Assembly: GCA_965368975.1 (NCBI GenBank)
Contig: CBDUPA010000012.1
Location: 96,001 to 160,000, forward strand
Source: an uncultured bacterium
GTDB lineage: Bacteria > Acidobacteriota > Thermoanaerobaculia > Multivoradales > JAHZIX01
DNA: 64,000 nt
Reading direction: 5' to 3'
Numbering within the stretch: the stretch's first letter is position 1; each line of letters begins with the position of its first letter. The translations under genes and the position numbers were made by a program. Positions 49,501 through 58,203 of this stretch are shown here, piece by piece. The notes under the pieces are model-generated. The model ran no database searches, had not been told where the DNA came from, and saw only the letters and a program-made list of their open reading frames with translations.

Positions 49501-50000
49501 CTACCCCCGTCCCCCACGTAGAGCCCCGCCGTCACGCGGCCGCGCAGCTTGTGGTTGTCATAGATCCGCCGCGCGATGCGCGCCGCCTGGTCGCTGGCCA
49601 GCGCGTTCATGGGGTAGATCAAGATCGCCTTGACGCCCGGCTCGTGCGCCGTCTGCAGGCAGTGGTCGAGAATCGGAAGCAGGAAGCTCTCGGTCTTGCC
49701 GGAGCCGGTGCCGGTGGCCAGCAGGGTGCTCTGCTTGCGTCGACCGCCGAGGCGGGCGAACACTTGTTCCTGGTGGTGATGGGGAGGAAACCCGAGCGGT
49801 ACGTCGGGGAAGACGTCTGGGGTCTCGCCGCTCAGGAAGGGCATCTTGACGGAGAGGTAGGGCCCCTTGAACAGCATGCCGTCGTCCGCGAGCAGGTGTT
49901 CGACGACGTTCTCCATGCCCGGCGTGGAGGACCAGAAGGAGAAGCGCAGGAAGTCTTGCAAGCCCTGTTCGAGCTGGCGGTGGATGGCGGAGGGGATCAA
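43503..50000 (-). CDS. Large YprA-family DExH helicase with DUF1998 and a C-terminal nuclease-like domain
   Basis: TGTGSGKTE, YPMNALASDQ, TNYKMLD, DEIH, SAT, FSDSVQDAA, TPTLEMGIDIG, QRIGRAGR, several CxxC pairs, FDSVPGGTG...CAC...GCYRCL, IDFVL...IFLDGWQFH. Confidence 0.9.
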   Translation of the reverse strand: MIPSAIHRQLEQGLQDFLRFSFWSSTPGMENVVEHLLADDGMLFKGPYLSVKMPFLSGETPDVFPDVPLGFPPHHHQEQVFARLGGRRKQSTLLATGTGSGKTESFLLPILDHCLQTAHEPGVKAILIYPMNALASDQAARIARRIYDNHKLRGRVTAGLYVGDGGSGGKGKRRGSAHGETRMGADHVITDRATLQEAPPDILLTNYKMLDYLLLRPRDQRIWQHNVKGTLRFLVVDEIHTFDGAQGTDLACLLRRLKRRLDVDDGSLACIGTSATLGGEAAREQLRDYARKVFGEPFDADAIIGETRQSVEQFLHGCEIRYTEEPDAEDLERLDAAQAPDPHAWLAAQLALWFPADVAATIGADGEGELTGPESFERSVELGRQLRHHAAFHDLLRALDGQATTLDDAVHEMRRRRDAWHRDAQFARLAVLSLLGLVSEARAWRHELPEVAERRRAEGRPRPAAPLLEVRVQLWQRELRRLVANVGPQPHLRHSDDLDEEEQDRHLPMIHCRECGALGWGTVVERDRPYLYRCLPRRFYDAYFGRSSRVRFLFPANAWPADDRLQHSAFELDVKNLIKVDAEHADETLRVIEIFEAQSTASRQALVRDCPFCRARESLAIVGFRAATLTSVHIDQLFASRFNDDKKLLTFSDSVQDAAHRAGFFAARTWRTNLRIAMLQALEPLGETTLRELADGLGPWARQAHDEATFVATFLAPNMAWLHDWDALRRDGELPRASDLPDLIDQRLAFEVLTEFSLQAEIGRSLTRTGCAVADLRPGDVETAVAALVEVVRNEVPGLRQVEARRVEAFVLGLLQHLRLRGGILARSLPGAYIESCGKDVHAFSRQPALPGYKSSSRLPSFLTDRTGRRFDTWSRTGRGGESWYARWADACFLGGPGLVADAGSLYPVVLSALVRVGLLDERSASKGEQIWGLREEALVISPHSAALACHVCGHRTHASRALAERWHGVPCLRTGCAGVYRPDAAPAHDYFGHLYRSGHLQRIFAQEHTGLLERAERERIEIEFKAFEPSPELDDPEARRPWYPNLLSCTPTLEMGIDIGDLSSAILCSVPPGQASYLQRIGRAGRRDGNAFVLTVAAAKPHDLYFFAQPHEMIAGDVPPPGVFLDTGAVLERQLTAFCIDRWVGVEGDRAELPPQLRSVLNQGNQPDVERFPSNLLAFVKQERPRLLREFLEMFEDEIGPPTAAHLERFLLGAEAKAELDSEQPEKAQARDALHHIEATLESRLLDTLHKERKQREAHRANVETLRKQLKVLRATEARDKDHQEQIDEREAEKEALIGLIKAINQRSTLEFLTDQGLLPNYAFPESAVRLRSVIWRRKKHPPAQGSPYETWTYEYKRSPSSALAELAPGAEFYASGRRVGIDAVDLSSSKLETWRFCPECSHAESIDTGDAHTACPVCGAADWRDSGQTQRLLKLEQVFARESDRNSRIRDDRDERQPRFFERDILPTFDTRSSSRAWRLDDDRHPFGFEYCARVTFRDINFGEPSDLGARNTIAGRAMVRQGFELCARCGKVQATRKGEKTDHLLSCPSRRKDTDEQIESCVYLYRQLESEALRLLLPITDFAGTRQLNSFTAALQLGLESYFAGSVDHLRTTVYSEPTPDSTLRRQYLVLFDSVPGGTGFLKQLVTPDADATIPLFRALEASLQRIEGCACWGTTNRAGKLVEGCYRCLFGYRNSREMRDTSARTASEILRRILARADSVQEIERLGDISHSGLLDSALEARFLEALLRAGNEQHPAQLKRIPIGIKDAWLWTLGDAQWRIEPQVEPPRAETGGIGVSIDFVLRPASAATDRRLAIFLDGWQFHQDRLGQDLRQRQALLAAGWDVWTFTWDDLEAELTRSTEVEPAPELAALDLGDFKKALQQLGLTQFTDLPQQSTFRWLLQDLQDANGLPWRDLAAAALVPRLEATLPSQQRAWTEFARQAAPEALRDQLAATRPRALASGTWGEPRQIEWMAAHDGQRVTVLARLDDRELDDREDRRELPQMHRAWRGFLRLFQWLRAIDDIVFVTTSDVGDYSGIAQLRSLAEHGPEGEDAIWTQLDEIEDAYRGAAEAMIAAGIVEPVVGDDIPNQRDTVWSEAELVWHTARVALTSYADSAWAVGEPAADWRLFYLEDLALEPDGTVDVSPLAEVLAEALAEETE

Positions 50001-53000
50001 GCGCGGTCCTTCCCGTCAGCGAGCGGACGGCCTTGTTCGGCGAATCTTTTGGTGAAATGTTCCCAGGCGACCGCGTAGTCCTTCTCGCGGTCGCAGCGCA
50101 CCCACGGCGCCTGGTACACGATCGTCTTCTCGCGCGGGCCGCCGGGCAGAGTGTCGTCCATCACGACCTGGGTCACGGTCTCGTTGCCGGTGTAGCCGGC
50201 TTCTTCGGACATGTGTTGGACGTCGTTCCAGCAGGGGTTCGGATCTTTCTTGCTGGTGGTGCGGTTCAGGCCGACACCCACCAGGCCGCGCGAGTTGGTG
50301 AAGACGATGCGGCCGTTGCGGTCGTACCAGGTGTCGGCTTCGTAGGAGCGCAGGACGGGGAATTGGACGCGGTAGATGGTCTGGAGTTGTTCGAGGGTGA
50401 GGCCGAGGGCCATGGAGATCAGGACGTCGATTTCTACCAGCACGGCGCGGCGGGCGGCGTCGGGGCGGATGGCGGAGTCGCGGGTCCAAGACTGGTCGCT
50501 CGATGCGAAGGGCTGTTCCAGGAATTGAGAGAGGAAAGGTGTCGCTTCTGTACTCCACTCCCGCCTGGATCGGCGATTCCAGAGATCTGCGAAGTGGGTG
50601 GTGAGGCAAACGAGGCTACAGACTCGGGCGACGAGAGCTTCCTGGATCTTGGACTCGGGGATGATCGGTAGGCGCCGCGCCAGGTTTGGTCGGAAGTCTC
50701 CAGAGCCGCTCGATTTGATCAGGAAGTCAATCGGTAAAGACATCCACGTCCCAGCTACAGCTACAGCCTGAGTCTCATTCGAAAAACAATAACTGTAGAC
50801 ACCGTCGATGTGCGCTGTGCCTGGTGGTGAGATGGCCGGTTGCAGTGTGCGCTCACTTGTCGGGCCCAGACCTCTGTTCACCACGAGTCGAAAGTAGTCC
50901 AGTACCGCGTTCGGGGCATCATCCGAGGCCCAAGGGACTTTGGGCGATCGCGTCCGATAGTCTGAGGGCTCGGCATTGGGCAGATAGATCGAGCGCGGCA
51001 GATAGTCTTCTGGTAGCTCCGTCAGGTCCAGTACGTCATAGCAGCTGTTGTTCGTGACCTCTGCGCGCGGAGTCTTGTAGAACGGATTACCGACGTGGAA
51101 GTGCGGTCCGGAAATAATCCATTCGTGTACATCTTGCGGGAACCTCACCTCCTTTCGGATGGTTCCATCCCGCTGAGACCGGGACTCGTGCCACATTTCT
51201 GCCGACTTGTAGCAGTCTGCCGGCAGATCGCCCAGTTTCAATGGACTGACAGCGAACGCTTCGAGCGCCTGAAGCAAGGTCGCAGAATGGAGCGCCGGAA
51301 GCTTGGCCTCCGTTGCCGGAGTGTCCGGTTCGTCATAGAGACGAGCAAAGAGTTCCAGCTCCGTCTCCGTGATGCGCAGAATCCGATCACGATGACCGCG
51401 CGTCTCCCAGCTGTTCTCGTCGTCCTTGATCCCGGGCACCGGGCCGTAGCCATCGTGGGCATGACACTCGTCGATGGTTGCGGGGACGAAGAGATTTGCC
51501 AGGTGCGTGAAGTCCGGAGTGCTTCTTTGGGCTCCATAGACGTTGAATGCATAGGCGGTCGAATGGTGCACCTCCGGGAACAAATCACGCTCATTGATGA
51601 ACCCATAGTGCCTGCGCAGCCGCGGATACACAGCCCGCCGAGCACCGCCTCCCTTCGGATCCTCGTAGAGCCCATCCGGATGAATCAGCGCCTGCACACC
51701 GTTGCCGGACGCCACCGTCCAGACCACAGGCAAAAAAGCCTTATAAAGATTCACCTTCACCCCAACCAACTGCGGATAGTTCCCGCCAGCGGAAAGAAAC
51801 GCCTGCGTCCCCGCCGCATCCTCGTGCGCCGCCAGGAAGCGCTCGCGTTGCCCCTCCCGCACCAGCGCCGCCTCGCGCCGTTCCGCCGTCTGCTTGGCCG
51901 ACAGCTTGCCGATGACGAAACTCGGGTCGTCGTCACCCAGCACATCCGCTTCCTTCCACTGCACGGGAACCCAGGGCGGATTCCCCAAAATCAAATCAAA
52001 CCCACCCCGCTCCAAGAACACATCCGCAAATTCCAACTCCCAATGATGAAAGCGATACCGCCGCGCCAACTCATCCGCCAACCGCAGCCGCGGCCACTTC
52101 TCGATCAGCTTCTCGACATCCGCGTAGCCATACTCCTCCACCATCTCCCGCGCCGCCTCCGCCGGCATCGTGGACGGAAACAGCTCGCGTTGCCCCGACG
52201 CCCCCTCCCCACCCAGCGACGGCAGCACGTCGCGGTCCAGCAGCAAAGCCAGGTCGGTCAGCCACTCGTCGCGATCCGGTAGCAACTCCGCGTGCTCGAT
52301 CGGCCAGAACCACAGCGCGCACCAATAATCCATCGCCAGCTTCAAGCGCCGATACGGACTCGACGCGCGCACCTGCCGGCTCGCCATCTCCTGGCGCCAG
52401 ATCTCGTCCTTCTCGCGCGTCGACGTCGGTCGCTTGCCCGCCAAGGGGTGCTCGTGGCCATAGACGCGCTGCGGGTCCGTCGTGCGCTCGCGGATCTGCG
52501 CCAGCAGTTCGGCATGCTTGCTCCACAGGCGGTCGGCGGCGGTGGACAGGCGGGCCAGGGCGTCGCGGTCGGCGTTCGAGAGGGGTTTGCACACCTCGTC
52601 GCGCCAGGTCTTGATCGTTTGCAACTCCTGCGCGCACATCTCGCGGATCGGCTTGCCCTCCGTGCCCTGGCCGTACACCGCCATGCCGCGATCCGGCAGC
52701 AGGAAGTGCAGCACCGAGCCGTCCGGGGGGCTCTGGCCCAAGGGGATACGTTCCGGGACCGCGTCGAGCCAGGGACTGGAGGTGCCGCGACGGCCGGCGT
52801 CGAGCTGCGACGGCGGGAAGACCTTGCGCCAGGCGCCCACCAGGCTGTTGCCCACGCACAGCTGACCGCCGAACCAGGGCACGAAAACCTGGCGCGAGCG
52901 GCCGGTATCGCGGGTGTAGATGGCGTTCAACCACAGGCTGACCTCCGCCAGCTCGGCCGCCACCGGGTTGAGGTCGACGCCGAAGACGTTGTTGTCCGCG

Positions 53001-55012
53001 ATGTACATCCGCACCTGCTGCAGTTCCTGGGCGTAGCGATCATGCGGGATGCGCTCGCCCAGCTCTTGCTGGCGGCGGCTCAGGTAGCGCTCGGCGAGCT
53101 GGTTGATCGCCTCGTTCAAGAACGCCGCGCTGCCCATGGCCGGCTCGCAGATGGTGAGGTGCAGCAGGTCTTCGGCCTGCGCGTGCTTGGGCGAGCCGTC
53201 CTCGTCTTCGAGCAGCTCCTGCAAGGCGTACTTGACCAGGCAGCGGGTGAGGATCTCGGGCGTGTAGTACGACGCCGACTTCTGGCGGTCGCGGCCGGCC
53301 ATGCGGTAGATGAAGGTGCCGGGCTCGTAGCGGCGCAGCACGCCTCTTGCCAGCTGGGGATCCTCGTCGGATACGTCCTCCGGGGTGGACACAGGCACCC
53401 TGTCGAACACGCGTTCTTTGTCGGAATACTGCCCCAGCTCCGCCTCGGTGACGAAGAAGGCCGCGTGCCGCACCGCGTCCGGATGTTCGAGCTTGGCTTC
53501 CTTGACCTCGAACAGCGTTTCCTCGGCGAAGAAGCCGCGGAACGAGAGCAGGGCTTCATAGACCGCGCCCAACTGGTTGATGCCCAGGGTCGCGTAGCTG
53601 ATGCGACCGCGTCGACGGGCCTTGCCCCTGCCGGTGGTCTTGCTCGGGGCCTTGGACAGGCTCATCGAGCGGATCACCCGCAGCAGCACCTCGTTGCGCA
53701 GCTGCACGCGGTTCAGGAACGGCGTTCGTTGCGGGTCGAAGAGGTGACTCTTCAGGGGTTCGAGGCGAAAGCCGGCGGTGATCGAGGTGTCGTCCGCTTC
53801 TGTGCTGTCGGGGGAGCGCAGGTCCAGGCTCGACTGGGCGGCCGCCTCCGGAGTGCCGTGGTAGATCAGCTCGAAGAGACGCTTCAACCACAGGTGCAAG
53901 GTGTAGCCCTGGCGCGCTTCCTCGGTTTCGAGTTCCAGCAGTTCCAGGTCGCGCAGGCGTTCGAAGCTGTAGCCGAGGCGGTAGGCATCCGAGCCCATCG
54001 GGGCGTAGCCGAGTTCGGGACGCGCCTCGATGTAGAGCACGAAGAGCAAGCGGTACATGTAGCGGATGCACTCGATGGCCAGGTCCGGACCGTCGATCTC
54101 TTCGCCGAAGACTTTCTTCTTGCTCACCTCGCGGCGATAGCGGATCGCTTCGTTGCCGATTGCCTCGATCGACGCCTGCAGCGCGTACTTGAGGTCTTCG
54201 CTGACCTCGTAGGCGTGCTTGTGCGAGCTGTCGTCGAAGGTGTCGACCAGGCTACTGCCGGACGCCGGCGCCAGGGCCTCGCGGTGCAGCAGAGCGGTCA
54301 CGGCTTCGAGCGTCGCCGGGTCGCGGCGGCCCAGGATCTCCGGCCAATCGAAGCGCAGCAGCCGCTGCTCGGGCCACTTGCCACGGTCGAGCAGCAGCCA
54401 CTCGCGGTCGCCCAGCAGGAGCACGAAGCGCGGCGGTTCGGGCAGCTGGAATATCTCGCCGACCAGATCTTCGTAGCTGTGGCGGGTCAGGGCGCGCAGG
54501 CTGGTATCGTCGATGCCGGGTTCGTCGGAGCCCTGTCTCACCGAGACCCCAGCTTCGATCAGGGCGCGCAGGGGCGAGGCCGCCAGCACACCGCCTTCGA
54601 CCGCCTCGTCGTCGCGCGGCAGGGGTGCCGGCAGCAGCCAGAGCAGGGGCTCGCCGTTGGCGCGTTCGAGCACGTCGAGTACCGGTAACACGGTGCGGTC
54701 GAGCTGGCGCAGGCCAGCGCGCGGCGTGTAACCCAGAGCGTCGAGTAACTGCGACGTCATACGTCGGTGCAGCTGTACCCGCTCCTCGGGTGCGCGCGTG
54801 CGCTGCAAGATCTCGAGATGACGGAAGTAGTCGCGTTGCAAGGTGGCGAGGCGGCGCCAGGGCGTCGAGGCGTCTTCGGGGGAGGTGCTGGCGTCCGAAG
54901 CCCTGGTGTCCGAAGCACGGAAGCGCTGCAGGTGCCCACGCACCTCGCCTTCCAGAATGGCGGCCAGATAGTGGTGCGTGTAGAACTCGTTGACGTTCTC
55001 GATGCCGATCAT
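49997..55012 (-). CDS. Large N6-adenine DNA methyltransferase (type IIG / DrmMI-like)
   Basis: LGAVYEALL, RQKSASYYTP, motif I CEPAMGSAAFL, GVDLNP, motif IV GNPPW, C-terminal target-recognition region. Confidence 0.9.
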   Translation of the reverse strand: MIGIENVNEFYTHHYLAAILEGEVRGHLQRFRASDTRASDASTSPEDASTPWRRLATLQRDYFRHLEILQRTRAPEERVQLHRRMTSQLLDALGYTPRAGLRQLDRTVLPVLDVLERANGEPLLWLLPAPLPRDDEAVEGGVLAASPLRALIEAGVSVRQGSDEPGIDDTSLRALTRHSYEDLVGEIFQLPEPPRFVLLLGDREWLLLDRGKWPEQRLLRFDWPEILGRRDPATLEAVTALLHREALAPASGSSLVDTFDDSSHKHAYEVSEDLKYALQASIEAIGNEAIRYRREVSKKKVFGEEIDGPDLAIECIRYMYRLLFVLYIEARPELGYAPMGSDAYRLGYSFERLRDLELLELETEEARQGYTLHLWLKRLFELIYHGTPEAAAQSSLDLRSPDSTEADDTSITAGFRLEPLKSHLFDPQRTPFLNRVQLRNEVLLRVIRSMSLSKAPSKTTGRGKARRRGRISYATLGINQLGAVYEALLSFRGFFAEETLFEVKEAKLEHPDAVRHAAFFVTEAELGQYSDKERVFDRVPVSTPEDVSDEDPQLARGVLRRYEPGTFIYRMAGRDRQKSASYYTPEILTRCLVKYALQELLEDEDGSPKHAQAEDLLHLTICEPAMGSAAFLNEAINQLAERYLSRRQQELGERIPHDRYAQELQQVRMYIADNNVFGVDLNPVAAELAEVSLWLNAIYTRDTGRSRQVFVPWFGGQLCVGNSLVGAWRKVFPPSQLDAGRRGTSSPWLDAVPERIPLGQSPPDGSVLHFLLPDRGMAVYGQGTEGKPIREMCAQELQTIKTWRDEVCKPLSNADRDALARLSTAADRLWSKHAELLAQIRERTTDPQRVYGHEHPLAGKRPTSTREKDEIWRQEMASRQVRASSPYRRLKLAMDYWCALWFWPIEHAELLPDRDEWLTDLALLLDRDVLPSLGGEGASGQRELFPSTMPAEAAREMVEEYGYADVEKLIEKWPRLRLADELARRYRFHHWELEFADVFLERGGFDLILGNPPWVPVQWKEADVLGDDDPSFVIGKLSAKQTAERREAALVREGQRERFLAAHEDAAGTQAFLSAGGNYPQLVGVKVNLYKAFLPVVWTVASGNGVQALIHPDGLYEDPKGGGARRAVYPRLRRHYGFINERDLFPEVHHSTAYAFNVYGAQRSTPDFTHLANLFVPATIDECHAHDGYGPVPGIKDDENSWETRGHRDRILRITETELELFARLYDEPDTPATEAKLPALHSATLLQALEAFAVSPLKLGDLPADCYKSAEMWHESRSQRDGTIRKEVRFPQDVHEWIISGPHFHVGNPFYKTPRAEVTNNSCYDVLDLTELPEDYLPRSIYLPNAEPSDYRTRSPKVPWASDDAPNAVLDYFRLVVNRGLGPTSERTLQPAISPPGTAHIDGVYSYCFSNETQAVAVAGTWMSLPIDFLIKSSGSGDFRPNLARRLPIIPESKIQEALVARVCSLVCLTTHFADLWNRRSRREWSTEATPFLSQFLEQPFASSDQSWTRDSAIRPDAARRAVLVEIDVLISMALGLTLEQLQTIYRVQFPVLRSYEADTWYDRNGRIVFTNSRGLVGVGLNRTTSKKDPNPCWNDVQHMSEEAGYTGNETVTQVVMDDTLPGGPREKTIVYQAPWVRCDREKDYAVAWEHFTKRFAEQGRPLADGKDRA

Positions 55013-57933
55013 GCATCCATCCCGGTAAAGGCCGCGATCACTTGCAGGAAAGGAGTATCCGCCGTCGTCATGGTTTCTTGGATCCAGGTCTCGTAGCGCT
55101 CGAAGAGGGTTCGTACCCGCCGTTCCCGCTTCGCTCGGCGCTGGGTGGCGAGCGGGTCCCGGCGCTGCGCGAAGAGCTGGTCGATCAAGTCGAGTTGCCG
55201 CCCTTCGAGTCGCTGCAGGCGTTCGAGTTCTTCATTGAGCTGGGGTAGGACGTCGGCGCGGAAGCGGTCGCGGTCGGCGATCACGTGGCGCTCCACCGCT
55301 TCGAGGGCGTCGGGCAGCAGCTGTTGCAGCGCCTCGGCGTCGCTGTCGTCATCAGGAACATAGTTGGGCAGGGGCTGGCGCCCCAGGTCGGTGGCGTCGA
55401 GGAAGGCTGCGAAGCGTTCGACGCCCTCGGGACGCCCGGTGCGGAAGCGGGCGACGTACCAGCGGTGCACCAGCGGCTGACCTCGGCGGTTGGGTAACAG
55501 GCCCGAGACGACGATGGCGGCGCGCTTGGCATCGCCCAGGGTCGGCAGGGTCAGCACCGGCGCCTGGTGGCGGCCGAAGGCGGCGCGGGCGCGATCCTGC
55601 AGCCAGCTCAGCACCGGGCTGTTGGCCCACAGGTAGTGGTGTTCCGGCCAGGCGTTCTCTTCGCGTCGCGCCTCGGTCAGCGCTCGCTGCATGCGCTGCG
55701 GGTCGGCGGTGAGCAGTAGCACGCCGTCGGCGGGGCGCACTTCGGTGGGCAGGCGACGGAAGCGGCGGTGCAGGTCTTCGGGCGCCGTCAACTCGATCAA
55801 GCGGCGCTGCGGATCGACCCTGGCTTTCAGGGGTTCACCGGCTTCGCGCAGACCCTCGATGCCGGTGGCGAAGAAGTCGAAGTCGGAGGCGAAGAGCGAC
55901 GGTGGGGCACAGGTCGGCGGTATCTCGCCTTTCTTGCTGGCGGCCGCGTCGAGCAGCAGGGCGAAGGGATCCTGCAGGCCGGCGTCGAGCTCGGCTTCGA
56001 AGGCTTCGGGCGACTTGTCCTCGATTGCCGCGGCGGTCAGCGCTTCCTCGTCTCGCGCGTCGTAGACCCCCATGAACACCGACGGATCGCCCAGGTTCTC
56101 GCGCGCCTGCTCGGCCTTGCGCTTCAGCACGTCGAGAATGCGGTTGTCGCCCTGGATCTGCGCGTTGCCGGAGTCGGTACGCAGGTAGACGATCTGCGGG
56201 CTGCTCGTCTGGCCGTAGCGGTCGACGCGGCCGTTGCGCTGCTGGAAGACCATCAGCGACCATGGCATGTCGAAGTGCACCAGGCGGTGGCACAGGTAGT
56301 GCAAGTTGAGACCCTCGGAGGCGACGTCGGAAGCCAGCAGCAGGCGCAGCGGCGAGGCTTCCTTGCCGAAGTCCTCGACGATGCGTTGCTGGTCGACGTC
56401 CGAGAGCTGACCGTGCAGCACCGCCCAGTGTCCCTCGCGCAGGCCGAGATCGGCGCTCAGCCGCTGCTCGAGCAAGCGCAGCGTCTCGTGGCGCTCGGTG
56501 AAGATCACCAAGCGGTCGTCTTTGGCGTTGCGTGCCTTCCAGCCCAGGCGGTCGAGCGTCGCGAGGAGTTGCTGGTACTTGCTGAAGCGTTCCGGCGTGA
56601 TCGCCTCCAGCGCCCGCGCCAGCTCGGCCAGCGCCTGGAACTCGACACGCAGCTTTGCGTCCTCGATCCGATCAGCGGCTTGCTCCAGGGCCTCGCGCGG
56701 ACTCAGCTTGCGACCGCGCAACAGTTCGCGGTCGGCTGCCGGCAGGGCGTCCTGGACGGCCTTGCGACGCAGCGGCGAGCGCAGCTGTTCGAGGCAGGCC
56801 CACGGACTCGAGAACAGCGCCTTGACCAGCCCGGTGCGGAACAGCAGGCCACCGCGACCGCCAGCGTCGAGTTCCGGCAGTTCGAGGTCGGTGAGCAGGT
56901 CGAAAGCACGTTCCTCGGCCGCCGACGCCGTGGCGCGTGCCTCCAGGATGGTCGGTTCGGGTACCCGCTCTATCAGCTGGTCGGCGACATTCCCCTTGAA
57001 GCGACGCACATACAGCCCCTGGATGTCGTCCTCGGTGTAGTTCGACGGATCGGCGATCGCCGTCGGGTCGAGCATGTGCATCAGGCTGGCGAAGCTCTCG
57101 GCCTTGCCGTCGTGTGGCGTCGCCGACAGCAGCACCAGGCTGTCGCAGTTGCGCGCCACGACGCCCGCGATCGACGCCCTCTGCGAGTCCCGGCCGCCGC
57201 GCGTCGCCACATTGTGCGCCTCGTCGATCACCACCACGTCCCAGTGCGCCTGCTCGACGTGGGTACGGAACCAGTTGTTCTGCTTCAGCGTGTCGATCGA
57301 GATGATGGTGCGGTCGAAGTAGTAGAAGGGGTTGTGGTGGCTCGGGACCTCGGCGCGGATGCGCGCCAGGCCCACCGAGTCCAGGCGCACCAGCGGAATG
57401 GTGAAGCGTGCCCACATCTCTTTCTGGAACTGCGTCAACATCGACTTGGTTGTCGCCACCAGGATGCGCCGCGCGCGTCCACGCCGGATCAGCTCGGAGA
57501 GCAGAATGCCGGCTTCCAGCGTCTTGCCCAAACCCACCGCGTCGGCGATCAAGATGCGCTGGCGTGGCCGCTGCAACGCCATCCAGGTCGGCTCGAGCTG
57601 GAAGTCGAGTGCGTCCATGGCGGCTCGATGGCCGACGTACAGTCCGTCGAAGGGCGGTGGTACGTCGCGCAGCAGGCTCTCGACGTAGAGCAAGCCGGCC
57701 CGGTGCTGGCTGGACGTGTCGCGCACCAGTTTGGTGTTTCGCGGATCGAGCACCCGCACCTCTGGCTCCAGCTCCTGTAGGAACACCGCCTCCAGGTCCC
57801 GCACGATCTCCGACACGCCGACGCAACGCCAGACGTGCCGATCCTGCGACGCGACGTCCACCCGCTGGACTCGCCAGACGGCGTCGCGTAGCTCGATGAG
57901 GGCGCCCGGGGCGATGGAATCAGCTTGCGGCAT
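55009..57933 (-). CDS. SNF2-family helicase (DrmD-like)
   Basis: IADAVGLGKT, IDEAH, LSATPH, SEGLNL, QRNGRVDRYGQ. Confidence 0.9.
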   Translation of the reverse strand: MPQADSIAPGALIELRDAVWRVQRVDVASQDRHVWRCVGVSEIVRDLEAVFLQELEPEVRVLDPRNTKLVRDTSSQHRAGLLYVESLLRDVPPPFDGLYVGHRAAMDALDFQLEPTWMALQRPRQRILIADAVGLGKTLEAGILLSELIRRGRARRILVATTKSMLTQFQKEMWARFTIPLVRLDSVGLARIRAEVPSHHNPFYYFDRTIISIDTLKQNNWFRTHVEQAHWDVVVIDEAHNVATRGGRDSQRASIAGVVARNCDSLVLLSATPHDGKAESFASLMHMLDPTAIADPSNYTEDDIQGLYVRRFKGNVADQLIERVPEPTILEARATASAAEERAFDLLTDLELPELDAGGRGGLLFRTGLVKALFSSPWACLEQLRSPLRRKAVQDALPAADRELLRGRKLSPREALEQAADRIEDAKLRVEFQALAELARALEAITPERFSKYQQLLATLDRLGWKARNAKDDRLVIFTERHETLRLLEQRLSADLGLREGHWAVLHGQLSDVDQQRIVEDFGKEASPLRLLLASDVASEGLNLHYLCHRLVHFDMPWSLMVFQQRNGRVDRYGQTSSPQIVYLRTDSGNAQIQGDNRILDVLKRKAEQARENLGDPSVFMGVYDARDEEALTAAAIEDKSPEAFEAELDAGLQDPFALLLDAAASKKGEIPPTCAPPSLFASDFDFFATGIEGLREAGEPLKARVDPQRRLIELTAPEDLHRRFRRLPTEVRPADGVLLLTADPQRMQRALTEARREENAWPEHHYLWANSPVLSWLQDRARAAFGRHQAPVLTLPTLGDAKRAAIVVSGLLPNRRGQPLVHRWYVARFRTGRPEGVERFAAFLDATDLGRQPLPNYVPDDDSDAEALQQLLPDALEAVERHVIADRDRFRADVLPQLNEELERLQRLEGRQLDLIDQLFAQRRDPLATQRRAKRERRVRTLFERYETWIQETMTTADTPFLQVIAAFTGMDA

Positions 57934-58203
57934 GAGATCAAGAACTTTGCAGCTTCGAGTTTAGCCCAAGGTTGGATGGGGCGGGTAGCAACCCTCCGGT
58001 TATGGAGCGTGGCTTCCCGTCGTGCCAACAACATTTCCGGGCGACCCGAGTCCGTAGTTGCGACAGCTGAAGTGTGCTGTCTTCAGCTGGTGTGAATTAG
58101 GACTCAGCGGAGGAGGGAAGTCTATGAAGACCGGACTTGGACTTGATGTGATCCTGCAGTGTGATGCGATAGCTATCTGCGTCCTGCTCCAAGGCCTGTA
58201 CCT

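Noticed and set aside
14473-57780. Long antisense or alternate-frame ORFs (e.g. 14473..16341 -, 34091..35899 -, 47832..50078 +, 52292..54688 +, 55768..57780 +)
   Set aside because: They shadow well-supported genes, lack motifs, and are expected in high-GC DNA.
41341-57933. Canonical BREX or DISARM class I call
   Set aside because: No PglZ or BrxC; no separate DrmA/DrmB or PLD DrmC.
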